From Basidioascus undulatus (taxonomy: Eukaryota): a DNA stretch of 37,721 bases. The notes below the pieces were generated by a model. That model searched no databases. It was given only the letters and a program-made list of their open reading frames with translations, and was not told the DNA's origin. Shown here in pieces: positions 1-12,384 of the stretch; position 1 is the first letter of the stretch; each line of letters opens with the position of its first letter. The stretch spans positions 1 to 37,721 of the forward strand of contig JTLS01000050.1 of assembly GCA_000826855.1 (NCBI GenBank). Reading direction: 5' to 3'. The position numbers were made by a program, and so were the translations under genes.

Positions 1-72
1 GCCGCTTAACTCAGTTGGTAGAGTGTTTGCTTAACACGCAAAATGTCGCAGGATCGAGCCCTGCAGTGGTCA
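1..72 (+). tRNA. tRNA-Val(AAC), intronless; first base (probably G) lies just outside the window
   Basis: Cloverleaf: acceptor (G)GCCGCT/AGTGGTC plus discriminator A; D arm ACTC-AGTTGGTA-GAGT; anticodon arm TTTGC-TTAACAC-GCAAA; T arm GCAGG-ATCGAGC-CCTGC; T-rich Pol III terminator-like run at 73-81. Confidence 0.93.
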
Positions 73-759
73 TTTACTTTTGTGTCCTCTTCTTTTGCCG
101 CTGCATTAGCAAACTGGCGGTCAGCTTGGGCGAGGATCTCGGCGAGCTTGATGGTATCTCTGCAATACTTTTGACTGTCGACTGTGCTCATCATGGCGCA
201 GATATTACTTACCCAGGCATACCTACATACCAAAGAGTGGCTGTGCATTATTTCTATTGCTATACAGGTCCACGTATCTGTCTGACAAAAGTACCTTTGA
301 ACCGACTAGCTCATCTCCACGTTGTCACGCATCGTACACGTCGGCAGCTGAGCACACTTGCGTGGCAGTTCGGCATTTCGCCAAAGATTTTCGCCCACAA
401 TCTCCAATATCTAGACCGACTTGCCTTCCTCCTTGCACTTTGTACCACTCTTCCACAACATAATGGCCGTCAGTCTCCAAATCAGGACGGCTGTCGCTGA
501 GTGCGCCCCATTCACACCCCACTGACCACTTAGGATGCCATCGTTTATTCTCCCGAGTTGTGTTCCGATGCGCGTTTCTAACGCGATATGCCATTTTGTA
601 TAGGCCTCAGGTTGACATCGGAAACCAAACGTCCGTAGCCCGACGCGCTCTGCGCTTTCCTCCTCTCGCGCCGCGCGACATCGCGGGTCGATGCGCGTCT
701 GCTGCGTTGGGAGGCACAACCAGTTCCACGCCAAGCCTCCGAGCGCAAGCGCCCTGAGG

Positions 760-1974
760 GCTCCGAGTCTTCCTCGGGCAACACTCCACCTACCAAGTAC
801 CATTGCTCGTTCGAGAGGGCATCGCCGCTTTGCCCGCACGACTTGCCCGGTCGCGTCTCTACCGTCCGCCTGCTCTCCGACGACATCGAGAAAACCGTGA
901 CCGACTTCCACTTCTTCATCGACCTCGCGCCTGTCCTCCATGCCGCGGCACGGGGCGAGCGCTACACCCCGCAGCAGTCTGCGGCGTCCTCCTCCTCCAC
1001 ATCGTCTCCCGTGGACCTTCACTCGACCCTACACCGTGCCCGACACACATCCCGCTTATAGCGTAACCATGTCACCGACCTGCTGGTTCCCAGGTGTTGG
1101 GCCTGTCACTCCCGTGGGCTTCGGGAACATGAGCAAGCGGTTGGAGAAAGCGCTCAGAGCGGGTGCAGCGCCTTGGGCTGCGGAGAGGGTGAACGAGCAT
1201 GGGAGTTTGATCGAGGATAAGGACGCGATCTCGTCGAGCTTGCGGATGCACGAGTGGGCGAATCATTTATGCAGCAGCCACAAGCTGCTCAACGAGTTCG
1301 TGGTGAGTCCTGCCGCCCGATCGTTCGGATGTTAAAACCCCGAAATATTGATAATCATCCTTTTCTGCAGTTTGAGAAGCCTATCTACGGCTGGGACCTG
1401 CCGAAACTGGAGACCGGTCAGCTCTTTTCCATTACGCAGTCTCGAGCCAGCGAAACCAAAACCACCTGACCTACTTGACTTATTTCGACTGCGACTGTTC
1501 CACAGCGCTCATTGACACCATCCGCGCAACCGGCTATCGTCACCGTATCTCAATCACATTCCCTCCCTCCTCTTCCACAATAACGATCTGCCCTTCCACC
1601 ACCGTCTCCCGCGTCCTGCACCACATCTTTCTTGCGCTGTCGGTCGTCGGCGGACTCGCAGCGTGGCTCTTCTACCGGTTCCACCCGCTCGGCTGCGGGC
1701 GGTGGAACGTGTGCGGGAGCGCGCAGGCACTCAAGGGCTGGGCGCTCGTGAAGGAGAGCAAGGAGGGCCAAGAGGGACTGCTAGTGGACGTGGACTCCGA
1801 GGACTCCGACGACCGCGAGACGCAACGGGAGGAGGAGAGGAGGGGAGGCTGTGGGCGTTCGTCGGGATGAAAGAAGGTGAATGGTTCAGGGCGTAGGAGG
1901 AATGGATTGTAGACGGCTTCCAGAGGGGTGTGAAAGGCGACCTCAGCAAGATCGTGAGGGGCGGGCAGGACTAG
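760..1974 (+). pseudogene. Degenerate copy of a conserved fungal hypothetical protein
   Basis: Blocks TVTDFHFFIDL, HEWANHLCSSHKLLNEFV|FEKPIYGWDL and VGMKEGEWFRA lie in different frames. GT-AG introns at about 1303-1370 and 1417-1505; frameshifts near 1010 and 1830; TAG at 1894-1896 inside coding-like sequence (GEWFRA*EEWI); no clear ATG. Confidence 0.6.
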
Positions 1975-2099
1975 GACGGATACTGAAAGTGCAATGTGAG
2001 GATATGGATAAATAGACCTCCGCTCTAAACCAGACTTCAAATGTCACTTTGTGCAAGTGCCACTACACCTCAACGAATATTTCACTTTTTCAGCGCAGG

Positions 2100-3513
2100 T
2101 CACAGCTGCGCTTCAACAACCGTCTTCGCAGCCTTCTTCAGTGCTTCCACCGCGCCCTGCGTGAGCTCCTGCACGATTTCCTGCGGACGCGAACGTCGGA
2201 GTCAGCCGCAGAATCAGACAGCTCTACCGTGCTCTAACAACACGCACCCCGGCAGGCTTCACCTCGTTCACGAGCGCCGCCCCCTCGCCAGCCCACGTAA
2301 TAATGCGGTCCGCATCGCCTGTAATTGCAAGATCCGACTCGTCAGAGCGAGTCACCTTCCGCCCTCGCGATGTCCTCCCTTAGCACTCACCTTCCTTCAC
2401 AGCCTGCATATACCTCCTCATCCTCCCCTCCGTCCCGCCTTCCTTGCCAGCGTCGTAGTCGCTAACCGTCTCTCCAGCCAGCCCACGCCCGTCCACGCCA
2501 GGCGGCCTACGGAAGCAGCGCGTTCAGCGCAGACCCAGAAGAAACATTTGAAGCTCCGTGTCGCACCATTGCGTCGTCCCCCGCGCCTCGTCAAACGCCA
2601 TGGAGCGCACAGTCGATCCCTCGCCCGCAGCGACGATGCGCTCCTTCTGCGAAGGCGAGTAGAGCGCCTCGGGCGTCGCGAGCATGCGCGTCCCGAAGAC
2701 AGCGCCCGAGGCCCCGAGCGCGAGGACCGAGGCGAGATGCGAGGGAGTGACGAGGCCGCCTGCGGCAAGGACGGGAGTCGTGGATGGAATGAGGGGGAGG
2801 ATGGAGGGGAGGAGCCGCAGGAGGGGAGTGCCTTTCGCGTGCGAGAGGCCGTGCCCGCCCGCTTCGGTGCCTAGTTACTCAGCGACGAATTGTCAGCAAA
2901 AATATGCACATAAGCTTGATAAAATGAAAAGACGCACCTTGCGCGACAATCACGTCCGCCCCCCACTGCACGGCCTTCTCCGCCTGCTGTATGTTCCCAA
3001 CGAGCACGACGAGCTTCTTCCCCGGCCCATCGGTCCTAATTATGTCAACCCAGCGCTTGAGGTCCTCCCCAAAACTGAGCCATACAGCCTGCACGGTGTC
3101 GTCGCCCTCCTTGAGGACCCAAGCCAGGCACTCGCGGTCCGACTCGTTCCGGTCGAGGCGCCAGCCGAGGAAGCCGACGCCGACGCCGAGCAGGCGCGGG
3201 CAGAGGGAGCGGTATTCGCTGACGTGGCGCTGGAGGTCCTTCAGGCCGTTCATGGGAGCTGAGAAGATGTGGGGTCAGTTTCAACACGTTGGGGTACATG
3301 TCCACAGGAAAAGTGATCACAGGGCAGGAAGGCATAGCCGCCTGCGAGGGAGACAGCCGCGGCGAGCTGCGGGCTGACAGCACCCAGCATGGGCGGGAGG
3401 ACAACGGGAGTCGTGCAGCCTGCATATGCAAAGATTAGTCACTCGATTGGATTGACGCGGACGTCGGAAAACGAACCCATGAGCTGGGTGAAAGAGGTTC
3501 GAAGTCTGGCCAT
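2100..3513 (-). CDS. Nitronate monooxygenase / 2-nitropropane dioxygenase family FMN enzyme (multi-exon)
   Basis: Spliced: MARLRTSFTQLMG|CTTPVVLPPMLGAVSPQLAAAVSLAGG...GADVIVAQG|TEAGGHG...VLAAGG...GASGAVFGTR...W|PPGVDGRG...ITWAGEGAALV; ATG 3513, TGA 2102-2100. Confidence 0.9.
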
Positions 3514-4164
3514 GATGCGAGCAATGCGAGTGAATCTCGAAGTGGGTCAGTCGTTTCGAGATGGTGATAGTTTGATGGGAAGAAGGATGCGGCAGCAAGT
3601 CGGAGCTTCAAGTCAAAACGTCGTGGACGCTCACCTCGATCGTCGGCTGCCGCGGTGGAGGTGGTTGCACGTGAGCTCGAGGGCGCAGACTGCTGAGCAA
3701 CGGCGGACGACATAGAGAACAATTGAGCAGTCGACAAAGTCGAGTAGAAGAATGAGCTGTGGATATTGAAGTAGAATCAGCAAGGCTTGAAGGAGGACCA
3801 GGCCAGAAAGGAAGTGGTCGCTGCCAGCGCTGAACAGATGTTAACCTCCACGAGACGCTGAGATATTCGCCTTCTGTCCAACCAAGTTGAACCAAGTTAC
3901 AAGCTCTTCGCGTCGACGACTGTCCTTTCTTCCATTCATGTACACTACCAGCAGACGTAAATGGACGACGCCCCAAACCGACCGAAACTTCGTATCCTGC
4001 CGACCTAGTAATCCTGTCTTGAGCACCCACGGAAGACACGATCGCAGAACCATCTTCTAGAAAGAATCAGCGTATTGGAAGTGCTACAACAGTCGTCGAT
4101 CTTGAATCTCGATCGTCCTAGTCCTCCCTCCTCTGCCTGCCTCTCAAACCCCTGGACCAACCCC

Positions 4165-7100
4165 TCAAATGAACATGTAGAGCGGTGCCCGCGCGTACTC
4201 GTTCCGCTCGTCGGAGAGCTCGACCAGGTTCTGTTAGTCGCAGAAGGTCAGCAAGGCATATAAGCATGCGTCAGTAAACGGTGTCAACGTACAGGGTAGT
4301 AGGGGATCAGAGCGTCCTCAGCGCCGAGGTACAGCTGCAGCCATATCTTGTAGTCAGCGAGCCCGTAAAGACCGGAGCATAGCCAGGGTTGAGGGCTTAC
4401 CGTGTTGTAGATACGCCAGAAGACCTCGCGCACGCGGCGGGCAGGGTGGAACAGGCCCTGCAGCGTGTAGCTGAGGAGAACGCCCGGCCCGAGACCCACG
4501 CGCATACTCTCGACCTGCAACAAATTGACGATTAGTGACTGTAGCGGGAAGACGGAGGGACGATAAGGAGACTACGTACAGCCTCAAGCACACGCTCAAT
4601 GACGTGCGGCGACGTCTCGTAGATGTTGGGCCAGACCTGTACAGCCGGCAGTCAGTGATCAACGTCGCTCATCAGCGCACAACAGGACGCACCAAGTTCA
4701 ACATGTGCATCAGCGCGTCCTCCTTGCCGAGACCAGCAACGCCAAGCGTCAGGTGCTTGACGATGGAGGCCGCCGTCTGCCGGTGTACCGCGTCACGCTC
4801 GGTCAAGGCGTCCTCGATACAGCCGACCAGCGAGTAGACGTAGTCTACGCGACGAACAAGACATCAGGCAAGCGGTCAATCACAACAGCGATGAACAGAC
4901 GCACCCTTTGCCAGTTCACCTATGTATTCGCAGACCCAGGAGAGCGCCTTCAGACAGCCGTTCCGGACATTGAGGTCGGGTGTACCTGTGAATCATACGG
5001 GTCAGCTTCAGGACAGCAAGTAGATGGTGCGTCGAACGTACGGTACTCGTTCAAGATAGCAGGGACACAAGTGAAGGGACCGCACGTCTCAGCGACGATA
5101 GCTGCCGAACCGCACTGTCAGCTTACGAACATCCAACATCATGCGAAACAGCCGCAAGAAGTACCGATAGCGACAGTCGAGCAAACACGGCTCTGACGCT
5201 CCTGCACGCGCAAGTTGGTCAAGAGCACGGAGAGGACGTCCTGCGGGCCGATAGCCTTGGCGATGTAGCCGAACGAGTTGACGGCCGCGCGGCGGATGGC
5301 CTTCTTGTGCGCCTTGAGGAGGTCCAGGAGCTCGAAGCAGATGCGCATCCACTCGCGCGCGGGCACGAACTCGGCGCCGCGGTCGGCGATGCGCCCGATC
5401 AGGTTGATCGACGCCTCCTGCACCTTCTCGTGACGGTTACGGAGAATGGGCGTCATGCGGGGGACTGGCGTGAGGACAGAGGTAAGCAGACCATTCGTGG
5501 GGACGGGGACAGGAAAGAGACGCACGAAGGTCCTTGACAGGAGGGTTCATCTGGGTCATACCCACGACATTGGCAATAGCAGCCTCTGCGGCGATGATAC
5601 TGAGCGGACAAGGCTGCATCAGCACTTCATCTCTGAGATTCCGCCGGACGAATGGCGGACCTTCCGAGCGTATCCGGGTACTCTTCGCCGAGCTGCTCGA
5701 ACAAGACAACACCGAGCTGGAACACAGACTCGCCATCAGCATCCGCGATCTTCACTGTATCTCACCTTCACTGTATCTCCCGCGCCAACAAACGACACAC
5801 CTTGCTGAGAAGCTGGTCCTCTCCGCAAGTCTTGATGACAACCGCGAGACGGCTGGTCAGGTCGGCCGCCTGCATGCGGACCTTTGCAGACTTGTTGTTG
5901 AGACGCCAGAGGATAGTCGAGACGATCTGGGTGAGGTACGGCTTGACGCGGATGCCGAGCGCGTTGACGACCGACCCGAAACCGTCCAGCATGACCGAGT
6001 CCTCGACGGTCTGTTCCTGGAACGCGTAGATGATGCCGTCGACGAGCTGGACCTCGAGGCGCTCGTCTACGTCCGCCGCGCCGAGGTTGCTGACGACCTT
6101 GGTGATCGTCTCCATGACCATCTTGCCTGTTTGCACGCGTCCCTTCTTATGAGCAACTGCGAGAAGAAAATAAGAAGTCGAGCAAACTCACGCATCGGCT
6201 CGCTCTCGTCCTTAAGCGACGCGACGATCCGGCCCACGATCTCCGTAACGCCGACCTTGTTGGCGAGCTCGACGGTCGTCTCGACGACTTGACGGTAGTT
6301 GCGGCGGTCGAGGGCCATGCGGCGGACCTGCCAGGTGAGTAAACCTGGGTGTCAGGACTATGCTCTCATATCGATGGATAGGGAACCGCTGCGACTGACC
6401 CAGAAGTGGCGGAAGAACTCGGGCAGGACGTCTTCCTTGAGGTACTGCGGCTCGACGCCCTCGGTCGCTGCGCACTGCTTGACGACCTTGAGGACGATCT
6501 TCTTCATCTCCTCGTCCGAGGACTGGAACTCGCGGATGAGGATGAGCATGACCTGCAGGCGCATGTAAGGGTCAGTCATGGTCTTCAAACAAAGGGAAAT
6601 CAGAGAAGGCACGCACCTCCTTGGTGTAGTACGACGCGTACTCGGGGTCCATCAGAGGAATGATGAAACCGATAGCCTTGAGGAACGCGGCGAGGCCCTT
6701 GCCGCGGTGCTGGCGGATGCCCATCCACAGCGGCTTGAGGACGGCGTCGAAGCTCTCGATACCGTACGGCGCGGCGGCCTCGGCGAGGGCGGCGAGCGCG
6801 AGGGCGGTCATAGTGCGGACCTTCTGCTGCTCGTCCTCGAGGCCGTGGGCGATGGCGTCGACGAGGTTGCGGAGGTGGGGGAGGACCGCGCAGCCCATCA
6901 TGATTGCGATCTGCTGGACGATGCGGATGCCGGTGTGGCGTGCCTGCCAGCTCTTCTTGGAGCGGCAGACAGCCTTGAGGAAGGGGAGGAGCGCGGGGAT
7001 GCCGAGAGCGGAGGCGACGACGGAGAACGCGCGCGCGGTCGTGTTGCGCACGTACTCATCGACGTGGTCGATGTCCGGCCGCATCGTCGAGATCATGTGC

Positions 7101-8907
7101 GCGAGACCGGCGGCCTTCGCCAGGTTCGAGATGATCTCGCGCCCTTCGACGCGCGCGTAGTAGTCCTCGTCGATGAGGAGCGGCTCGATGACGACGAGGA
7201 TCTTGTGCACGTACGGACGCACGAGGTCATCGAGCTTGTAGAGCACGCGGTCGATGACCTTGACGAGCAGGTGGCGCTCCTGGTCCTCGAGCGTACGCTC
7301 CATGAGGAGCGGAAGGATCTTGTCAAACAACGGGCCGGCGCCGAACTGCGGGGGGGAAAGCGAATGTCAGCTTATGTTCGCCCAGTGAACCACACGCAGT
7401 TGAAGAAACGCACATCGCGAGCCTTGTCAGTAATCTGGCGCAGCGCGGACTTGCGGACGGGCGGCGTGCCGTTCTTGATCTTGAGGAGCAAGCGCATGAT
7501 CTTGCGCTCCTTGAGCTCCTCGACGCTGAGCTCCGCCTCGTTCTCGTCGCTCTGGAGTGCCTTCGCGAAGTACTGCGCGTCCTCGGCCTTGAAGAACTGG
7601 AGGCTACCGATGCCCTCGATCTCGGTCGGGAGCTCGCCGGTCGCGATGCCGAGCGCCTCGGCGGACACGCCCGACTCGGCGATGGCAAACCCGTCGTTCG
7701 TGGGCGTAGGCGCAGCGGTCATCTTGCGCATCGGCGTGCGGATCGGCGCGTACCCCTCGGGCGGCGTGATGATCACGTAGCCCGACTCGGGCAGCATCGA
7801 GTCGAGCTCCTCATCCGTCAAGAACCGGTTCCGGTTCTCGGCGATGTTGCCGGTGAAGCCGTCCGCGCGCGGCGTCATGGGCACCGCGTTGGCGGACGAC
7901 CCGAAGGAGGCGCCAGCGCCGGCGGGCGTCGCGCCGAACCCGCCCGCACCAGTCGCGACCGGCGTCTGATCCCACCTCGAGCGCTTGGGAGTTTCGCCCG
8001 GCGCGCCGCCACCCGCCACAGCCACGGGCGTCTCATCCCAGCGCGAACGCCGCTTCTTGGTGCTCGACGTCTGCTCGAGCTCCTCCTTGCTCCACTCGCC
8101 GCCTGCTGCCGGCGTCGCAGGCTCCGCCTTCACCGCCTCGCCCTCCCCGCCCACGTCCCATCGCCGCTTGCGCACGCGCGGCGTCTCCTCCACGGCAATG
8201 CGAGGTGGCGTCTTGTCATCCGCCGCTGCCTTGATATCCTCGCCCTTCTCGATCGCCTCCCGCCGCTGGTCCTCGATGATCTTGCGCACGCGCGCCTCCT
8301 CGCGCTCGAGCTCGGCTAGGCGCATGCGCTCAGCGTATGACGCGCCCTCCGGCTGCGCGGTGCCATCCGCGGCTGTGGGTGAAAATGAAGGTCGGTAATC
8401 CAGGTATTCCAAACGAGTACCGTATCACGACAGGACATCCTCCATCTAGCAAACCCCACCCAAAGAGCAGAGACGCCACTCACCGAAGGCGTCCGTCCCG
8501 ATCTCGCCCTCCCCGCGCTCGAACCTGCGATTGTGGTATGCTGATTGCCTGTAAAAGTACCCGCCTACAAATCAGAATTCCAAACCCCCGCTGTATCAGT
8601 ACCAAAGCTGACGCACCGCTGAGCGATCTGCCGGACCTTGGCAGTCTCGCTGTTCGCCCCGCCCCGACCCGGAAGACGTCAGTCTGCTCCGCCTGTCATC
8701 CAGTCGCGATCGCTAAGACGAAGGGCACGTACGCAAACGGATCCACGTCGTCCTCCTCTACCATCTCCCTAAACTCATCCAGCACCTCCTGCGGCGCAGT
8801 GTCTGTTGGATTCCCACCCTCTCATCAGCTCGTGCCCGGACTCGTGGCTAGAGGTGACAAGGCGCACAGGAGGTAAGCTGCCGCCGGGGGGAGCCGCCGT
8901 CTGACAT
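4165..8907 (-). CDS. SF3B1: U2 snRNP splicing factor 3B subunit 1 (SF3b155/Hsh155/Prp10), multi-exon
   Basis: RWD/ULM motifs ([22 protein letters not shown]), [15 protein letters not shown] repeats [33 protein letters not shown]-terminal [14 protein letters not shown] 8907 (an upstream exon is possible), TGA 4167-4165. Confidence 0.97.
5750..5780. repeat. 16-bp tandem duplication inside an SF3B1 intron
   Basis: CTTCACTGTATCTCAC followed by CTTCACTGTATCTCC. Confidence 0.85.
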
Positions 8908-9969
8908 GCTGAATTATCGGATGTAGGTAATGGACGGTTAGATTGGGATATAGGCGAAAAGGATGGCAGCAGCTGGTGAGGGTGTTTGGGTGAGAGCACA
9001 CCGCCGACAGGGAGCAAGGGGCGAGCCAAACGGCTTTCGGTGATAATGATATCGCTTAGGCAGTGCCCTGGTTCGACCGCCGACGCAGCCTGCGCTTTCA
9101 AGAACTGCAGCAACCCGCATGATATACAAGTCAGGAATCTGATTTATTCTAAGTAATTTTCTGACGTTCTGACCGCACCCCTGACACTCTTTCGCTTCAA
9201 ACGACTCACCTGCATCTGTAACTAGAGTGACTCTCCCTCAACTCCCTGCCGAAATTCACATGCTCAAAGTCAGGAAATCGGGGCGTCGTCACACCGGCTC
9301 GCTTCCCCGAGGGGACTCGGCCATCTGCTTCGCTTTGCCTCGTCTCTCGCTCGTTCTAGGCGGCTTACGCTTGCGTCGAATGAGCAAACGGAGAATCTGG
9401 CGCACACCACGAAAAGGTGAAGAAGGAAAGTAAACGCGTGTATTAGTCTAGTCATTCGGCTGCAGAGAGATTCAGAGCATAGAGTGTGACTCGTTGAAAG
9501 CAGCGTAGCAATTTTCACACGGAAGAGAAGTCTTGCACGAATGTTGAATTGACGGGTGCCAAGACTGTGAAGCTCTTTGGCCCTTTTGCAAGACTAATCC
9601 CTGTACTCATTCTCACTTGCGCGTCCGCAGGCAGAGAAGGCGTCGATTCGGTATTAGACGAGTGTTTCGGTTCGGTGGGGGTGTTTCCTACTATGCCTGA
9701 GAGGGCCACTTTGACGACACTCCGTTGTGGCAGAGCCCTTTGCAGTCTTCGATGGGATTCAGCGGACCAGCTTGACCAGCGTATATCTTCCCATGATTCT
9801 GGCAGCCTATAATGCCTGGCTTGCGCAAGGCTTGCCTAACATCCGTATCCCTGAGCAATAGCACCAATTTATAGGGACTCATAGCACCGACTTAGAGGAC
9901 TGAGGTATTAGTGCGATGATGGTGGTTCCCCGCCCAGTTCTGGTTAATCCTTAAGCATTATCCGGCCTT

Positions 9970-9998
9970 ACACAGCCACGGACACAGCCACGGACACA
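9970..9998. repeat. 12-bp tandem duplication
   Basis: ACACAGCCACGG x2 plus ACACA. Confidence 0.85.
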
Positions 9999-10078
9999 TC
10001 CAACATAATTCAATCCTTGAGCCCTCTGCTCCTTTCCCACCGCCTCATCCGACTTTATCCAAATTTCCCGTATCAATT

Positions 10079-11085
10079 ATGTCCTCCAGTCACAGCAAGG
10101 CCGAAGTTCTCATCATTGGGGCGGGTATCTCTGGGCTCGCGGCTGCGCAGAGCCTCACAAGGCGTGGCGTCCGTGTCGTGTTGCTCGAGGCTAGATATCG
10201 CATTGGAGGGAGGATACATGACGCGGAAGAGGGTTTTACGTTGGGCGCTAGGTGAGGGTCGTTCATCTGATGTTCGAGTGCACTCAGATTGACATATGCG
10301 AATTCAGCTTCGTGCACGGCGTCGACGGTAATCCAATGAAACATCCATGCGACAGACTTGGCTTGGTGCGCTCAAAATATCAGATCTATTCACCTTTAAA
10401 TTGGCTAAACGCACATTTTTCTTCAGCCGCTGCAATCTAAGGGAGACGATGGAATCGTCGCTTTCACCAATGGCACACGCTTGTCGCCGGAGGAGGAGAG
10501 CAAGTACACAACGCTGTGAGCTGCCCCAGTCCCTGCGCTTTTCCGAAGCAGTCTGATGCACAGAATTCTGATGCGGCGACCGTTCCGTCTCCGCTTCCCT
10601 TTCATCCGCCTTCGAGTATCCTGATTCCCCCCTCAATCACGACGTCAAGCCCTCGAACCGGCCCATCGGGCACGCTCCCGATAGCGCGCTCGTCCGCTCG
10701 TGGACGGGCGGTGATCCCGGGCAGGTCGGGCTGCGGTGGTGGGAGTGGGAAGACGCGGATGAAGGTGACGACGCGATGCTTGTCCGGGGTTACGCCGAGG
10801 TTGTGGATTGGATGAAGGGGGAAATCGAGAAGTCGGGTGGGCAGTTCAGGCTAGGTGAGAAGGTTGAGAAGGTCCAAATTGAGGTCGACGGATCCGAAGG
10901 TTTTTCAAATCTCACTCGACGTGGCTTCCGTACATGGCTGGCCATAGCGACGTTGCGATAGCGTACGTCAGTGTATTGACTTCGTCTAACACGTACACGG
11001 CATCCTACGCTCTCGTTACGCTTCCTCTCGGCGTCCTCCAACATGCTGCTGCCCTTAATTCTCCGGCCTTCTTCTCTCCGCACCG
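10079..11085 (+). pseudogene. Flavin-containing amine/polyamine oxidase, frameshifted and 3'-truncated
   Basis: MSSSHSKAEVLIIGAGISGLAAAQSL...VLLEARYRIGGRIH (GxGxxG FAD motif), LGAS|FVHGVDGNP, GDDAMLVRGY, YALVTLPLGVLQ. Frame break near 10570-10590; no GT donor after 10890; similarity ends at AFFSP with no C-terminal half. Confidence 0.8.
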
Positions 11086-11619
11086 CGACGCCTTGCTTCG
11101 CGGGCGTTGCCTTTGCTTCAAACCTTTGCTTTGTCCGTCGCAACAGCACGGGGTCTTTCCCGACTGAGGGGCTAGGATACGGAGGATCTGGTTCTTTCAG
11201 ATGTTGCTCCCTGCAACCACGATCGACTGTCACTGCTGAGATAGGCCGTCGCTGACATCCATCTGCCTGGGATCTGACTTCGAGAATATCATTTGGCTTG
11301 CAAATCTCCCCGGTCTACCCTGACAGGGCATTTTGCTGAACGGCATCTTTCGTTCGGATGGAAACGTGTGCACGTACGTGTGCTGCTTCGGTTTTCTTAC
11401 CTGATAAAGTTCAGCTGTTCAAGAGCAAATGATAGTAAAGTGTGGACGTTCCAATCCTGAGAAGACGTCCGCAGAGTAGTGGATGCTGTCCTTATAGTAG
11501 GCTGCACATGCAACGGCGCAGCGACAGCTACAGCGCCGCGACAACACGCCTTACCATTCAAGCTCATACCTGAAATTCCATTCACCGACATGCGCGCTTT
11601 CGTCACCACCCCCTCCTCA

Positions 11620-12029
11620 ACGTTAGAGAGGAAGGTGCCCGATATCCGGGCGGACGTGGACGTGCTGTACACTGCGGTGTGGTCAGCCTTGGGGAAGGAG
11701 GTGGTCTACAACTGTGCGTCGCTCCTTTCCCCTCTCTCCCCCGTTTGCCTCCCGCGTTTGCCTCCCCCTGACCCTCCTATACCAAGCCACCACTCACCCC
11801 CTCTCACCCACCGACCACTCCTTCGCCCGCAACTGCCCTCCCGCAGCTGCTCGAAGCGGGCGTGGTGAAGCCCAACCGCGCGGGGATGGAGGGGGAGGGG
11901 GAGAAGACAGGGCTGGACGGCGTGTTGGGCGCGCTGGAGTGGCTCAGTGGGGGAGACGACAGCACGCGCAGCGAGGGCGAGGGGAGGCGGAGTGTTAGTG
12001 CGGAGAAGATGGTGGTGAGGCTTGCGTGA
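11620..12029 (+). pseudogene. 3' fragment of an MDR/GroES-like enoyl reductase (ToxD/LovC-like)
   Basis: DVDVLYTAVWSALGKEV, then after the acceptor at 11846 LLEAGVVKPN...GLDGVLGALEWL...VSAEKMVVRLA*. No N-terminal GroES or NADPH-binding part; phase mismatch across 11714-11846. Confidence 0.65.
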
Positions 12030-12384
12030 GGGGTCAGTGGGGTGAAGCGGTTTGAAATGATTGAGAAATGTTCAGGAAATTCGGTGAATTCGCATGCGAG
12101 GGTTACGCGCCTCGATGGTGAAATCGATAGATGTCAGCCTCAACGGTGTAGTGTTGGCGGGGGGTCAGCGATCGAGGGTAAGCAGTGAGCCCGCAGTCGC
12201 AGATATGAGCGAAAGTGAAATGAAATAATATGAAGGGTATGATGATCAGGAAGGTCTACGGGTCTATGCCGAGCCAATAATCAGAAAAGTCCAACAGCGT
12301 CCGGTCGAACCTGCCCAGACACTCGGCGGTCAGTCCCCAGGCCGCTCACCCTACAACGAACAGAAAAAAGAAATACTTACCCCC

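Noticed and set aside
1..2000. tRNA-anchored integrated element (Starship or island)
   Set aside because: No tyrosine recombinase or integrase and no duplicated tRNA end seen; neighbouring genes are core eukaryotic genes.
5534..7780. Long plus-strand ORFs (252 and 400 aa), and the similar 2041-2874 ORF
   Set aside because: Antisense shadows of GC-rich SF3B1 and NMO exons.
9060..9085. B-box-like GGTTCGACCGCC upstream of SF3B1
   Set aside because: No cloverleaf or A box found.
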